Origin: Gracilinanus agilis
Lineage: Eukaryota
Direction of reading: 5' to 3'
NCBI RefSeq assembly: GCF_016433145.1
Contig: NC_058133.1
Location: 246,571,896 to 246,635,895, forward strand
Length of the DNA: 64,000 nucleotides
A program made the translations under genes and the position numbers. Below the pieces are notes generated by a model. It worked only from the letters and a program-made list of their open reading frames with translations, was not told the DNA's origin and did no database searches. The first letter of the stretch is position 1; each line of letters begins with the position of its first letter. Positions 52,197 through 64,000 of this stretch are shown here, piece by piece.

Positions 52197-53884
52197 GCTT
52201 ACTTTGCTGAAAAAGATCCTGTAATGCTCTTAACTATAACAAGTACCCTTTTCCCTCGTGTTTCCAGCTAATTATGCATGCCCCCTCCCCTCCCTAAAAG
52301 GGAAAAATCTTATATGAGGTACAAGGGAAGTTCGTCCTAATTAATCAGAAAGGCCTAGCTTTTGCAGATGGCAAGCATCAGCTAGCTGAGAACTCACATT
52401 ACTAAACAGTGACGAGGAAGTATTGTGGGCCTAAGACTGTACTTGCTCTTGTTAATGGCTTGGGTCTACAGATTAACGTTAAATTTAAATCCCCAATTAT
52501 ACAATTTAAATGAATCATTTTTCTATTTTATATCCTAAGTCTTCAGTTCCTCTAGGAATGAATAAAAGGGCAACTTCAGCCAAAGTAATGTAATTGTGAC
52601 TACTCATTGAATTGGTAGCTAGGGATAGAGTGCAGGGGACTGGTTCTTACTCCTTTTCATTCCTGTACCTAATGTCCAAGCTGGGAGACAACTAGAGTCA
52701 GCATCTTTAGAGTAGCTATAGAAATGACTAGTTTTTTTAGTCTCTTAATTATAGAGATTTCAATACTACTGCATTTAATTGTTATTCTATGCAATATTTT
52801 AAGCTATGATATGAGTATGATTTCCTTGTGAGTATCCAAAAATGATGAGTTTTATTTGAAGATGTTCTAGAAGTATACTCTAGGTAAAGCCAAAATTGTG
52901 GTTGTCAACAAATAAGTATTAATTGCCCACGATGTGCCAGTATCATACTAAAGTGCTGGGGATACAAAGTTGGGGGGTAGGGGGGGCTTTGTTCTTAAAG
53001 AGCTTCCAGTCTGATGAGGGAAACTATACGTACACAATGATGTATTCCCAAAAATGTATTCAGGATATATAGGGGGGGAGGGGGTGTCTTTCAAAGGAAG
53101 GCTTAAGTACTGGAAAGCCTTCTTTCAGAAGACTGGATTTTATTTAATACTTGAAGGAAGCCTGGAAAGCTAGAAAGTACAGGTGAGAAGGAAGAGTTGT
53201 TCCAAGCAATGGAACAGTCAGTGAAAATGCAGTTGGTAGATGGAGGGTTGTGTACTAAGAACAGGAAGGAATTAGAGGCCTTTACAAATGCACCACCTAA
53301 GGTAAGCAGATCACAAACATTTAAAAATATATTATGAGTAATCTAGAGAATGACACAGATAAGTGTTGATAAGAAATTACTTTGTTGTTCAGTGGAATAA
53401 GAAGATAATAATCCTTCTATTAACAATTCCCCACATATTAACTGTTTCCTTAGAATATTATAAATTTAGAGTTTGTAGGGAACCTGGAAGTCATCTAGTC
53501 TAATCTCTGATTTCACAAATGAACAAAGAGAAAATTCACACAGGGAAAAACCACTGTTTATTTCACTCTCTACCCTTTTTCAGAATATACTACCCTCCTA
53601 ATCTCCTAGCATATTAGATTTAAAGTAGACTCCAGGAAGAGGTTCATGATTTTATTTAACTACTGATTACTTAATAAAATTTACATTTTTTCTAACAGTA
53701 ACCCACAGCCAAAATTTGAGACATGCCAAATTAAAATGATGAGGTCTGTCCACATTACAGCCATATAGCCATTCAAATACTTGAACATAGCTTTTATCTT
53801 CTCTACTGAGAAACTGTTTGGAATAGGGCCTTTGAGAAACAATGGAATCAGTCATGGAAGAGCAACATAGCCATTTAGTTAAAG

Positions 53885-54095
53885 CAGCTAGCTGGCACAA
53901 AGGCAAGGCCTGAGACTTGAGTTCAAATCCAATTTCAGACACTAATTGTGTGGCAGCTGACAAGTCATTTGACTTCAATTTCCTCTTATATAAAATGAGA
54001 ATAATAATAATACTTACCCCATCCCAACCCCAGGGTGGTGAGGACCAAACGAGATAGTTATGAAACACTTTGCACAGTTCCTGACACATAGTAAT
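53885..54095 (+). mobile_element. MIR-type CORE-SINE
   Basis: gagttcaaatcc...caagtcatttgacttc...aaaatgagaataataata core. Confidence 0.7.
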
Positions 54096-55019
54096 TGCTA
54101 TATCAATGTTAGTTGTGGGGTGGGTGGTGGTGGGGTTATCCTTATTAATTTCCCACTTAAGGGGATATGAGGATATGAGACAACAGAAAGGGCGGTATTA
54201 GATTCCCTTTCAGATAGAAGAGGAAAATTTAGGAAGACAGAGAAGTCAATCCAGGAAAAGAATAAATGCAAGAATTTCAAAAGGACACCATCAGAAGAGG
54301 TCTTGCTGAATTCTAACAGCACTGTGTCTTAATATTCACTTAAGAGTAGGTTGAAAGAGGCAAGAAAAAGCTTCAGACCAGTAAGGGAGGTTGGGTGCAT
54401 GTAGGCCAATTCTTATTTTACATCAATACTGAGGTGCAAATTTAATGACTAATCCTAGAAGCAAGGGCAGAATAAAGACAAGTCTCCTGACTCAAAAGTC
54501 CTGCTCTTCCTGCTACGATTTTTCTTAAAAACAACAACTAATACAAAGTATAAAAAACAAATTTTGAAATGTTTTTTTTTCTTGTCCACCAATACNNNNN
54601 NNNNNNNNNNNNNNNNNNNNNNNNNNNNNNNNNNNNNNNNNNNNNNNNNNNNNNNNNNNNNNNNNNNNNNNNNNNNNNNNNNNNNNNNNNNNNNNNNNNN
54701 NNNNNNNNNNNNNNNNNNNNNNNNNNNNNNNNNNNNNNNNNNNNNNNNNNNNNNTTAAGAATTCAGATAACTTTTAACAAAAACCCGAATTTGAGGAGTC
54801 ACTTACGGCTTCAAGGAATTGATTTATTTAGTGACCACCATGGAGCCCCGATTACAGACAGCATTATAGGTAGCTAAGGATCTTTGTACTTTTCCAGACA
54901 AAAGGCAATATTTTTCAAAGCAGCCAACCAGGCAGAAAGCATCTGCCCGCGAAGCAAGAGAAGTGGCAAAAGGCTACGCGTTAAGGTAATAACCTGATTG
55001 GTTGACTAAGCCAATGTAT

Positions 55020-55149
55020 ACAATCCCTTCGGGACATGTAGAAAAAATAACGTCTTTTACTTCATTTATATTTCTCTTGTCTAAAGCTTTTTTCTAGTCA
55101 GTCTTCTTCCCGCCTCTACGAGTGGGAGGACTTAGCGTCGTTCAAAAAA
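55020..55149 (-). pseudogene. Highly decayed 5' relic of an H2B gene, divergent from H2A copy 2
   Basis: Minus strand GAACGACGCTAAGTCC resembles GAACCAGCTAAGTCC (EPAKS); AAGAAGACTGACTAG resembles KKAVTK; TAT TTT TTC TAC ATG resembles YSIYV. It sits about 340 bp from the H2A ATG, and octamer variant ATTTACAT is at 55277-55284. Visual alignment only. Confidence 0.45.
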
Positions 55150-55449
55150 AAAAAACACCTAATCTTTAATAATTTAAGACACATATATTGATTTTGAGGC
55201 TATTCAAATAAGGGTTTGCAAAAATCTAACGTCTAATTGGAGGAAATAAAAGAACACTACCCGAATGTGAGGGGCTATGTAAATTAACAGATGCCAGTTC
55301 TACTTTCTAATTGGTTTATTCATCAAAAGATGTTTCCAACCAATCAGATCGCGCCGTTTACTCTACCTCCTGAAGGTATAATAAGTTGCTGTGCCGTGGC
55401 TAGCATATCTCTACTTGAGAGAGCTGATCTTCGGATTATTCCTTTCTGA

Positions 55450-55881
<432 letters not shown>

Positions 55882-55930
55882 AACTACCAAATTCTGCAGG
55901 AAGCTGTAGAAAGCAGCATTTGAACCCAAA

Positions 55931-55946
55931 GGCTCTTTTCAGAGCC
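55931..55946 (+). terminator. Histone 3' stem-loop of H2A copy 2
   Basis: CCCAAA GGCTCT-TTTC-AGAGCC CCTTA; HDE-like AAAGGGAGCTTGT at about 55961. Confidence 0.93.
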
Positions 55947-57720
55947 CCTTAGCCTATCAAAAAGGGAGCTTGTGTGCATTAATTTGCAAGAAATGATTTT
56001 CTTTTTTAATGTTCAAACAGTATAAACGTTTCGATAGCATGTTTTGGTTTGGTAGAAAAGTTTCTTGCCTTAACCAGCATTTTTTCCTTATTCCACTGTC
56101 CTGAAAAAGTATGTAGATGAGTTGAATAATCGGTTACAAACTTACATCAATTTGCGTTGGGGGAGGAGCTATATGAGTGCATTCGCACCTATTTTCGGGA
56201 GAATTTGGAGCAAGCAAAGGAGTTTTACGTAGCCACATACTATCAGTGTTTGAGGCCATATTTGAACTCTTGAAGATAGATGTATCTTACTGTTCCCTTG
56301 GGAAGGGATAACAAAACGCAACAGACATCATTTTGCATGAGCAACTTGTGGAAGTGACAGTCTCAAAAAACACGCTAAAGCAGGCCAACCTTAGAACTGG
56401 CAAAAAGCCTCAGACTTGCACAAAGTGAATATTTATTGTGTGTACCTGCTACACACAGCAGCATTTTGCAAAGGAAACAAGCAGTGCCAGAGCAAAAACT
56501 ATAGCCCAGGTCCACTGATTTCCAGCCCAGATATTCAGCTTGCTAAAACCTTGGAGATGTGGTCAAGATTCACGCTTTGTACTTTTACAAACTATCAAAC
56601 CCTAATCACATGACTGAGAGTTGGAAAGTCCTTCAGTTCTTCACAATAACGCTGACTTGGAGTTTGTGGTTCACAATATCCCCTTCATGGGGTAAGCACA
56701 GTAGCTTGGTTTCAGGTGGAATAGATGAGAGCAGTGGACTTTACCTAAACTGCCCTCCCCAGTCTTGAGTATATACCAGTAATACTTTTGTCTTTGAGAG
56801 GACATGCCCTTGCCTTCTTACTCTTCAGTCAGATATGAGGTCAATTCCTGCCAGCAACTGCTTCTGTTAAATCACTATTCATTTTACTCCTTGCAGCTCT
56901 AAAACTCATCTTTTGGTTTAAAAAGAAACCTTTTTTTTTTTTTAATGCAATGACATGCTGTTAAAAATTATATCCTATCTAAACATTTTGAAGTCTTGCA
57001 GAGAAAACAAGAAATAATTGCTCTCTCCATACTTAGAGAAAAATCATATACGAATTGGACTTCAGGTTGTATTCGTGTTGTAATTCTCTTTCCAAATACA
57101 TGTCACCCTCTGAAATTTATATTCTTAATAGTATTCAGCACTGAGGAAAAGTAACTTATTCAGACTCACAGCCACTTAGTCAGAAATATGACTTGAATCT
57201 AGATCTGGGTTAAAAGGCCAGCTCTTTAGCCAGCCACTTTGACACAATAATTCTCAAGTTTTCAGTAGGATTCATCAACATGAAAAACTTTACCCCATTC
57301 AAAAGTCAGAAAAACAATTTTCAGGTCACGTGTTCAGGAAATATATCTGAGAATCACTAAAATAAATTCTTTGACATCTAAGTTATTTGCTCTTGTTTGA
57401 GACTAAACATTCAATGTCTTGGACTTTGTATTCAAAAATTGATCAGGTGCCATCATCCAGTCCTGTGAAATGTAAGTTGGGGAGGTCATGGAATTAAAAA
57501 GTTTTGAGTAATATCTGAGTAACCAGTTATATGACTTTAGGTGGGTCACTTCTTTTTAGTTCAACACCACTAGTTTATAGAGGAAACTAAGGTCCCTTTT
57601 GACCCTATATATTCTGATTTTGTGAGGCCCCAGTTGACCTAAATCTTCCATCATATGCTAAATAGATATGAGCAGAAAAGCAAAATTTGAAGATCTTTGC
57701 TAGGAGGCATATATTCTTTT

Positions 57721-58285
57721 ATGTTGTGAAGCCGTCCAGCAGCTTCACGAAGATTCCTAGTGGGTTGGACACTTAGAAAGGGGAACCAAGGACTGAGTGA
57801 AAAAGGGTTACGGGTTAAGGATTAATGGAAAGAGAACATAAGGGGAGAATAAAGATATGCAGACACAGAAAGTTTTGGCATAAGGTAGACACAGGGAGTA
57901 AGCTATGATGGTCAAGAGCTTCATGGTTAAGAGCTCTGATGGTTAAGAGCTCTCTTGTCAACTGATGTCTTGTCACTTTTATTGGGGTTACAACAGTATG
58001 GGGGGAAGGGGAGAGGCCAGTGGCCTGATACATTAACATTATGAGGTAATCATCATAAGATGCAAACTGCGGAAACCTGAAACAATAGGTAGAGCTAAGA
58101 TCAGGATCCAGGGTGGATATGGCCTAAGGCATCTACTGTTGTTTGATACCTATGTTAATTGATCTTTGAAGGAAAAGTAAGGAGACTGAGATAACTGACT
58201 CTCTTCTGGGGTGTAGCCTTAGGGAAGGGCTAGGGATTTGGCAATTTGACTCAAGATTACAGAGATCAATCATTAGCAGTATAAG
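57721..58285. mobile_element. Possible LTR remnant
   Basis: Begins TGTTG; contains tttatt (AATAAA on the minus strand) and short tandem duplications (ggttaagagctct x2). No TSD found. Confidence 0.35.
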
Positions 58286-58887
58286 ACTTAAGTTGTTTTT
58301 TTTTGAATACTTCTTAAAATAATATCACAATTAATGTATACCTAGATTGCTACATGTTATATAGTTATAGCACTAGATCTAAAATAATATTCTTTACATA
58401 CAATTGCTTAATAAATATTTATTGTGGATACATAGGCTACATTAGAGAGAGCCTGAACTTTGTTCTTAGTGTTTACCGGAAATGAACACCTTTGCTTTGA
58501 TATTTCCAAACTTGGGAAACATCTCTGGTTCAGCAGCATCTATTGGGACCTATTCCAACTTAGTGTAACTATTATTAACATACTATTTACAGGGAGCTGG
58601 GATTCAGTACCTGAATATTTTGTCTGTTCCTAAACATTTGCTATTACTATCCTCAAAAGATTTTCTCATGCATGGTTTTATTCTCATCCATGTTTTTAAA
58701 AATTAAATATTTCACAATATGTAGTAGGGTTTCAAGAAGGTATTATCTTCTACATTTTCCAGAAGAAAAATAACCTTTATTTGTTTGTAAACTTTGTATA
58801 GTTTTTTCTTTCTCTTGAAAAGTATGTGTGATCATAATGGTACAGAAATGCTAATTTATTATTATTTTATTATTACCTCTAATTTTC

Positions 58888-59076
58888 TTTTTTTTTTAAA
58901 CCCTTAACTTCTGTGTATTGGCTCATAGGTGGAAGAATGGTGGTAAGGGTAGGCAATGGGGGTCAAGTTACTTGCCCAGGGTCACACAGCTGGGAAGTGT
59001 CTGAGGCTGGATTTGAACCCAAGACCTCCTGTCTCTAGGCCTGGCTCTCAATCCACTGAGCTATCCAGCTGCCCCC
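58888..59076 (-). mobile_element. SINE1_Mdo-type SINE
   Basis: Reverse complement of the same family, with a T-tract at the left end. Confidence 0.88.
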
Positions 59077-60739
59077 TATCCATTAATTTTCAATTTCTCT
59101 GTTGCCCCAAAACATACTTTGTCTCTCCCATTCCCCACCCAAATCCTCTCTTGATCTGTTGATCCCTTCTAGTTATCAGCCTATATCTCTCTTGCCTTTT
59201 GTGACTCAGTTCAAATACTTTGAACTGAGAAGACCATATACAATTAGTTCCTCCACTTCCTGTCCTCTCACTTTCTTAACTCTCTGAAGTCTGATTCCCT
59301 CCTTAATCATTCAAATGAAACAGCTCTCTCCAAAGTTACCATTGATCTCCCAACTGTCAAATTTAATAGCTTTGTCTCAGTCCTCATCTTAATGATCACC
59401 TTACTCTCCTTGATATTCTCTTCTGTCTAGATGTTTGTGTCACTGGTATCTTTTGTTCTCTCCCTGTCTGCTCCTTCTTAATGTCCTTTACCTGATTTTG
59501 TACTAGATATCTTGTAGACATATTAAATCTACCATGTCCTAAACCAAACTCATTAGTTTTCCCTTCAGCTCCTCCCTTTCTTCCTAATTTCCCTGATATT
59601 GCTAAGGACCCATCATCTATTCTATACTAAAAAATCTGATATCTTTGATATAAGTGAGAAAGGGAAAATCAGTCTCATCAGCTGCCAAATCTTGTCAGTT
59701 CTACTACCAGAAAATCTCTGGCATACATTCTTCCCTTTGCATCAAATCAAAGCGGATTCTTTATACTATCTGAACAACAGAAATAATTTCTTCTCTATTT
59801 TCATCTTACTCCCTGCTGCCATCTCTATTTTACAGTGCCATCTGATTAATTTTCCTTATACACAGACGTAGGAACTTCAGGTAACAATATCATTTATTTT
59901 ATTAAAATATATTGGTTGAATCACATTTCTACTTTATAGAAGCAAAAAAAATACCAAAAGGAAAAAACCTGCCATATTATACTCAAACTATATTATTTTT
60001 AAATATGATGTAAATTGAGTTTAGAGGATAATGGTTTTGTAGACATTATACATATATTCATTTCTGCTGGTTTGAGACCATGTGAAAGATCCTGCATGTT
60101 TACTTATAAGCACTATTATAAAAGTCTATGAAAATGGAATGATAATGAAGCCTACCTTTTGGCATACCCTTCACTTGTAGAATCCCTGATTGCTATTTAA
60201 CATGTTTGAAAGCTGTTGTAGATTTAAGGATATACTCACATGCCCTGACCAATGTTTCTTTTGCTAACCAATCAGAGGACACATTAATTTAAAGAAGAGC
60301 ATTTAATTATGCACAAAAGCTGAGATGGTAAACAAAACAATCTTGATTGGTAATTAAATACAAATTGAATGAGCCTCAGTGGAGGAGAGGTTACTGAGTA
60401 ATAGTAGTGAAGGAGTACCTGGAAGTGGCAATGCAGGAATGTTCCAATTTCTCCCTCTTCTGCCCCCCACCCTCCCAACCCCCCCAGTAATTTAGGTTAT
60501 AAGTGAAAGTGCAACCAATGCTGGAAAGTTTAACCAGTGAATCTGAAATCATCAGGAGGGAGCAAGATAAATGAAAAAACTTAAAAAAAAAAAAGACAAA
60601 AAAACTTTTCTCTCCTTCCTAATCCCATGTATTTTGTTCTGTGGATTTTAAATCAGCATTCCGAGAATGAGTTTATAAACTTCACCAGATTTTTTTTAAC
60701 CCCTACACTAAAAACAAAATTCCAAGTCTGACATTTAAA

Positions 60740-60820
60740 AGCCACAATCTGTCCCCATCCTTCTGGGAGTAACTGCCATTGCAAGGCAAACAGTGTGCCC
60801 AGCCACTGGAAATGAAGAAT
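60740..60820 (-). pseudogene. H2A pseudogene fragment (about residues 23-48)
   Basis: Plus strand ggagtaactgccattgcaaggcaaacagtgtgcccagccactggaaatgaag aligns to live H2A copy 1 ggagtagttgcctttgcggagcaaacggtgcacccgacctacgggaaactgcag, with CpG-to-TpG decay and small deletions. Confidence 0.65.
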
Positions 60821-61111
60821 TGGTATTAGCAACAGAACATAAAGCATAGAAAACAGCTCTGGAAACTGAGTTATGAAAAAAAAAAATTTTTTTTTAAAAT
60901 GATGGTTTAAGTGAAAGTATCTGATTGGCTACAAGTGTTTGACGAATTAGCCAATTAGAATCTAAAGCTGTCATCATCCTTTTACATCTGTTCCACCCAT
61001 TGGGGCAAGCTTTATACAATCGAACATTAGAATACACCAAACTCTTTCCTAAATACATGAACTACAACTAGTACAATCTTTAATTTTCTCCTAACTTTAT
61101 TGCAGGATTGC

Positions 61112-61450
61112 ATGTTTTCTGAACCGGTGTAGTAGTCTCAGTTGGAAGAAAGGCTCTCAAGAACCTGGGACAGAAGCAAATGCATCAGAGAGGAGAGCAC
61201 AAGGTACTGAAGCATGTCCATCCAGCCGAAAGCATCTCATCCAAAGCCATGAGCATCATGAACTCATTCAACACAATGCCGTTTTCAAGTGGATGGGGGT
61301 GAGACTTTTTGACTGGAGCGTTACAACAAGCTTCCCACCATCACTTCCTTTGACATCCAGAAGACCTGCTGCTAACCCTACTGGAATCTGGCCAGGCACT
61401 TTCTGTCCAAAGACACCCAGGTGGTCAACAGATACAACATCTCCACATAA
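61112..61450 (+). pseudogene. H2B pseudogene (near full length, multiple stops and frameshifts)
   Basis: ATG..TCT GAA CCG; AAG AAA GGC TCT; KVLKHVHPAESISSKAMSIMNSF; YNKLPTITSFDIQ; LARHFLSKDTQVVNRYNIST*. Broken stem-loop GGCTCT-TTTA-AAGGCA at 61478-61493. Confidence 0.9.
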
Positions 61451-61577
61451 CTTGGCTTCTTGAGTACCCAACCCTAAGGCTCTTTTAAAGGCAGTGTACT
61501 GTGGAGCTTTAACCAAATTGCAAATTTATTTATTAGTTTTGCACCTTCTTTTAAGGAAATTTCAAATAAGCAGGGCA

Positions 61578-61800
61578 AGAGGCAGCTGTGGCTAAGTGGT
61601 AGAGCACTGGGCCTGGAGTCAGGAAGATCTAAATTCAAATCCAAATCTCAGACACTTACTGGCTGCATAACCTTGGACAAGTCACTTAACCTCTGATGGC
61701 CTTACCAAAGGATACAGTGGAGAAAAAAATAAATGTCAAAGCACTCCAATATCTTTGCCAAGAAAACCTGAGGGAGAGCTATGGGCAAAAGGGTCACAAA
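61578..61800 (+). mobile_element. MAR1/RTE-related SINE
   Basis: ggcagctgtggc..agagcactgggcctggagtcaggaagatc head; ccaatatctttgccaagaaaacc tail. Confidence 0.7.
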
Positions 61801-62981
61801 GAGACAGACCAGAATGAAAAACAAAAATTTTCTGGAGAAAAGTACTAATACATCATTATTAATTTAACATTGGCTGAAGCTTCTTATTTTAATTGGCATT
61901 TGTCAAATGCTGTACTGATATCTTTTATAGCAGGGAGACCTAGAAAGGAAATTAGTTGTATAGAGAACATAGCAACTAGGCCATTTTGGCTGAAATACTG
62001 GAATACATGAGGAAGGTGTCTAATAAACTTGGAAAGTTAGGCTGATTGTAGCCAAATTGTGAAGGACTTTTTCCAAATAAGCTTTGCATTTTGCTATAGA
62101 GGCAAGAGAGCTTCTTGAACAAGCACTTTATCATATCTGTATTTTAAGGAAATCAAGGAAGAGTTTGAGCATAATCAAATTTTGCATTTGTATTTTTGTG
62201 TGTGTGTGCATGAAAATTGAGCCACAGTGGATGCATGGGAGAGCAGATGGCCTCATCAGAAGATTTTGAGAATACTACCAGCATGCAGTAGAATCCGTGA
62301 GAAGAGGGGGATCCCAAACACAACACTTCCTCACCCCTCTACCAATGACCTGGATCTTTTGATCTTGCCTGGGGAAAAAGACTGGCCATATAGTCATGAC
62401 ATACCATGTTAATAAAAGTAGGCCAAGCCCAGTGGGATGCTGCAGTTCCCAGAGGCTTCATTCCAGTGACCCCACCTCATGGGACAGCAGCCAGCATTGT
62501 CTGTGACTTTAGTGCCCCAGTAGGGCTTCCAACTGAAATGGCTTTGAGTGGGTCCAAGTTCTACACCCACTTCCAATTTCAAATTTTTTTTCAAGGTAAA
62601 GTGCCATCTTTACTGTAAAATTTCTGATGCAGTAAGAGCTGTGGGTGAGGGAGGGCTGGTCACCCAGACACTTTATTCTACTCCTTTTCCTTCTCAGGCT
62701 GTGGGAACTAAGACATGGGTGGAATAGGTGGAATAGAAGCCTAAGGCCTACGAAGCCACCACCATCAAATAAATAAATAAATAATTGATTGCTTGCTTGA
62801 TTGATTTGTTGTTATTATTATTTAACATTATTAAATATTCTAATATTTATGTATTTCATAGCCATTTATTGTGTATAAAATTATGCTACCATTTTTACTA
62901 GATTTCTATAGTTTTATTTCATCTGTCCCTGAAAAAGGTTTTGAATGTTTTATCCCTAACCCCATTTTTCCTCATTTAAAG

Positions 62982-63215
62982 GCAGCCAAGGTGGCAAAAT
63001 GGACAGTACTGGGCCTAAATTCAGGAATATCTGAGTTCACAAACTGTGTGACATTGGACATGTGACCAAGCATCTGTCTACCTCAATTTCCTACATTTTA
63101 AAATTAGGATCATAAAAATGTATGCCTCACTGGTTTTGAAAAGAACAACTGAGATTATACCTGTAAGGAGCTAGGGCACTTAGTACAGTGTCTGGCATAT
63201 AGTAGGAACTTAATA
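62982..63215 (+). mobile_element. MIR/MAR1-type SINE
   Basis: ggcagccaaggtggc..ggacagtactgggcctaaattcaggaatatctgagttc head and core. Confidence 0.65.
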
Positions 63216-64000
63216 AACTTTTATTCTGTTTCCTTCCCTTTTATTTCAGAATTTTGCATATGTTGAATTATAGCAGAATCAACTCTATAGTTTTTGTATA
63301 TCTTTTGGTGAAATAGGACCTGGGAAGGAAGAAGGTTGGTCTATAGGGCAGCATGAATTTTCTAATTGCTTTAACTAGCTATTGCCAATCACAAATAAGA
63401 GAAAACAGATTTTATCATATTCAGAGTGTGGCACAATCTACCAGCACTTGATGGGAATATATGTCATTCACAAATAATATTTCTACATTACATAAGACAG
63501 AGAAAGATGGCTGCTTATTATAATACAGCTTCTTAGACACAGAAAATGTGTGCTTATTAAGAAGACTCTGTATCATTAGCTACAAAAGATAGAGAAGGGA
63601 TATCTCCTTGTAAGTATTGATAGTTGCATTAAATTAAATGAAACTACCCATAACCAAGTTGTTTCCAAGGCCTATCGATTTCATCTTTGTAACCTCTCAA
63701 ATATACCAGCCCTTCTCTCCTCTGATGGTCACTACTCTAGTGCAGGTCCTCATCACCTCATCCCTAGATTATTACAATATACATGACTGCTTCAAGTCTC
63801 TCCCTACTCCGATTCATCCTCAATTCAGACACTAAAAAGATTGTCCTAAAACATAGGTCTGATCATGTCCCCCACCCCACCACCTGACTCCAGTGGCTTT
63901 CTTTTGCTGCCTTTTTGCTTTCTTTCTTGTTAGAGTAAAATAGAATACAAATACAAAATGGTACTTATAACTTTCATAACCTTGTCCCTCTTATAAGTCT

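Overview
Mammalian genomic DNA, AT-rich and repeat-rich. It is a marsupial, most likely a didelphid opossum, judged from SINE1_Mdo-type SINEs and marsupial L1s. There are five N gaps. The left part holds coding exons 1-3 of TRIM11 (minus strand); later exons were not found. To the right is a replication-dependent histone cluster with 3' stem-loops: H3(-), H4(-), H1(+), divergent H2A(-)/H2B(+), H3(+), H2A(+), a very decayed H2B relic(-) and a dead H2A(-)/H2B(+) pair. TRIM11 linkage and gene order point to the orthologue of the small human HIST3 cluster (1q42: TRIM11-TRIM17-H3-4-H2AC25/H2BC26). Here it carries all five histone classes, and no TRIM17 is visible. Both H3 copies encode the same protein, an H3.2 backbone plus A98S, the substitution shared by human and mouse testis H3.4/H3t. 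Both H2As have Ser40. The rest is nested L1, solo LTRs, four hAT MITEs with TIRs and 8-bp TSDs, SINEs and an IMMP1L retropseudogene. All comparisons to human/mouse sequences and the literature are from memory; no searches were run.
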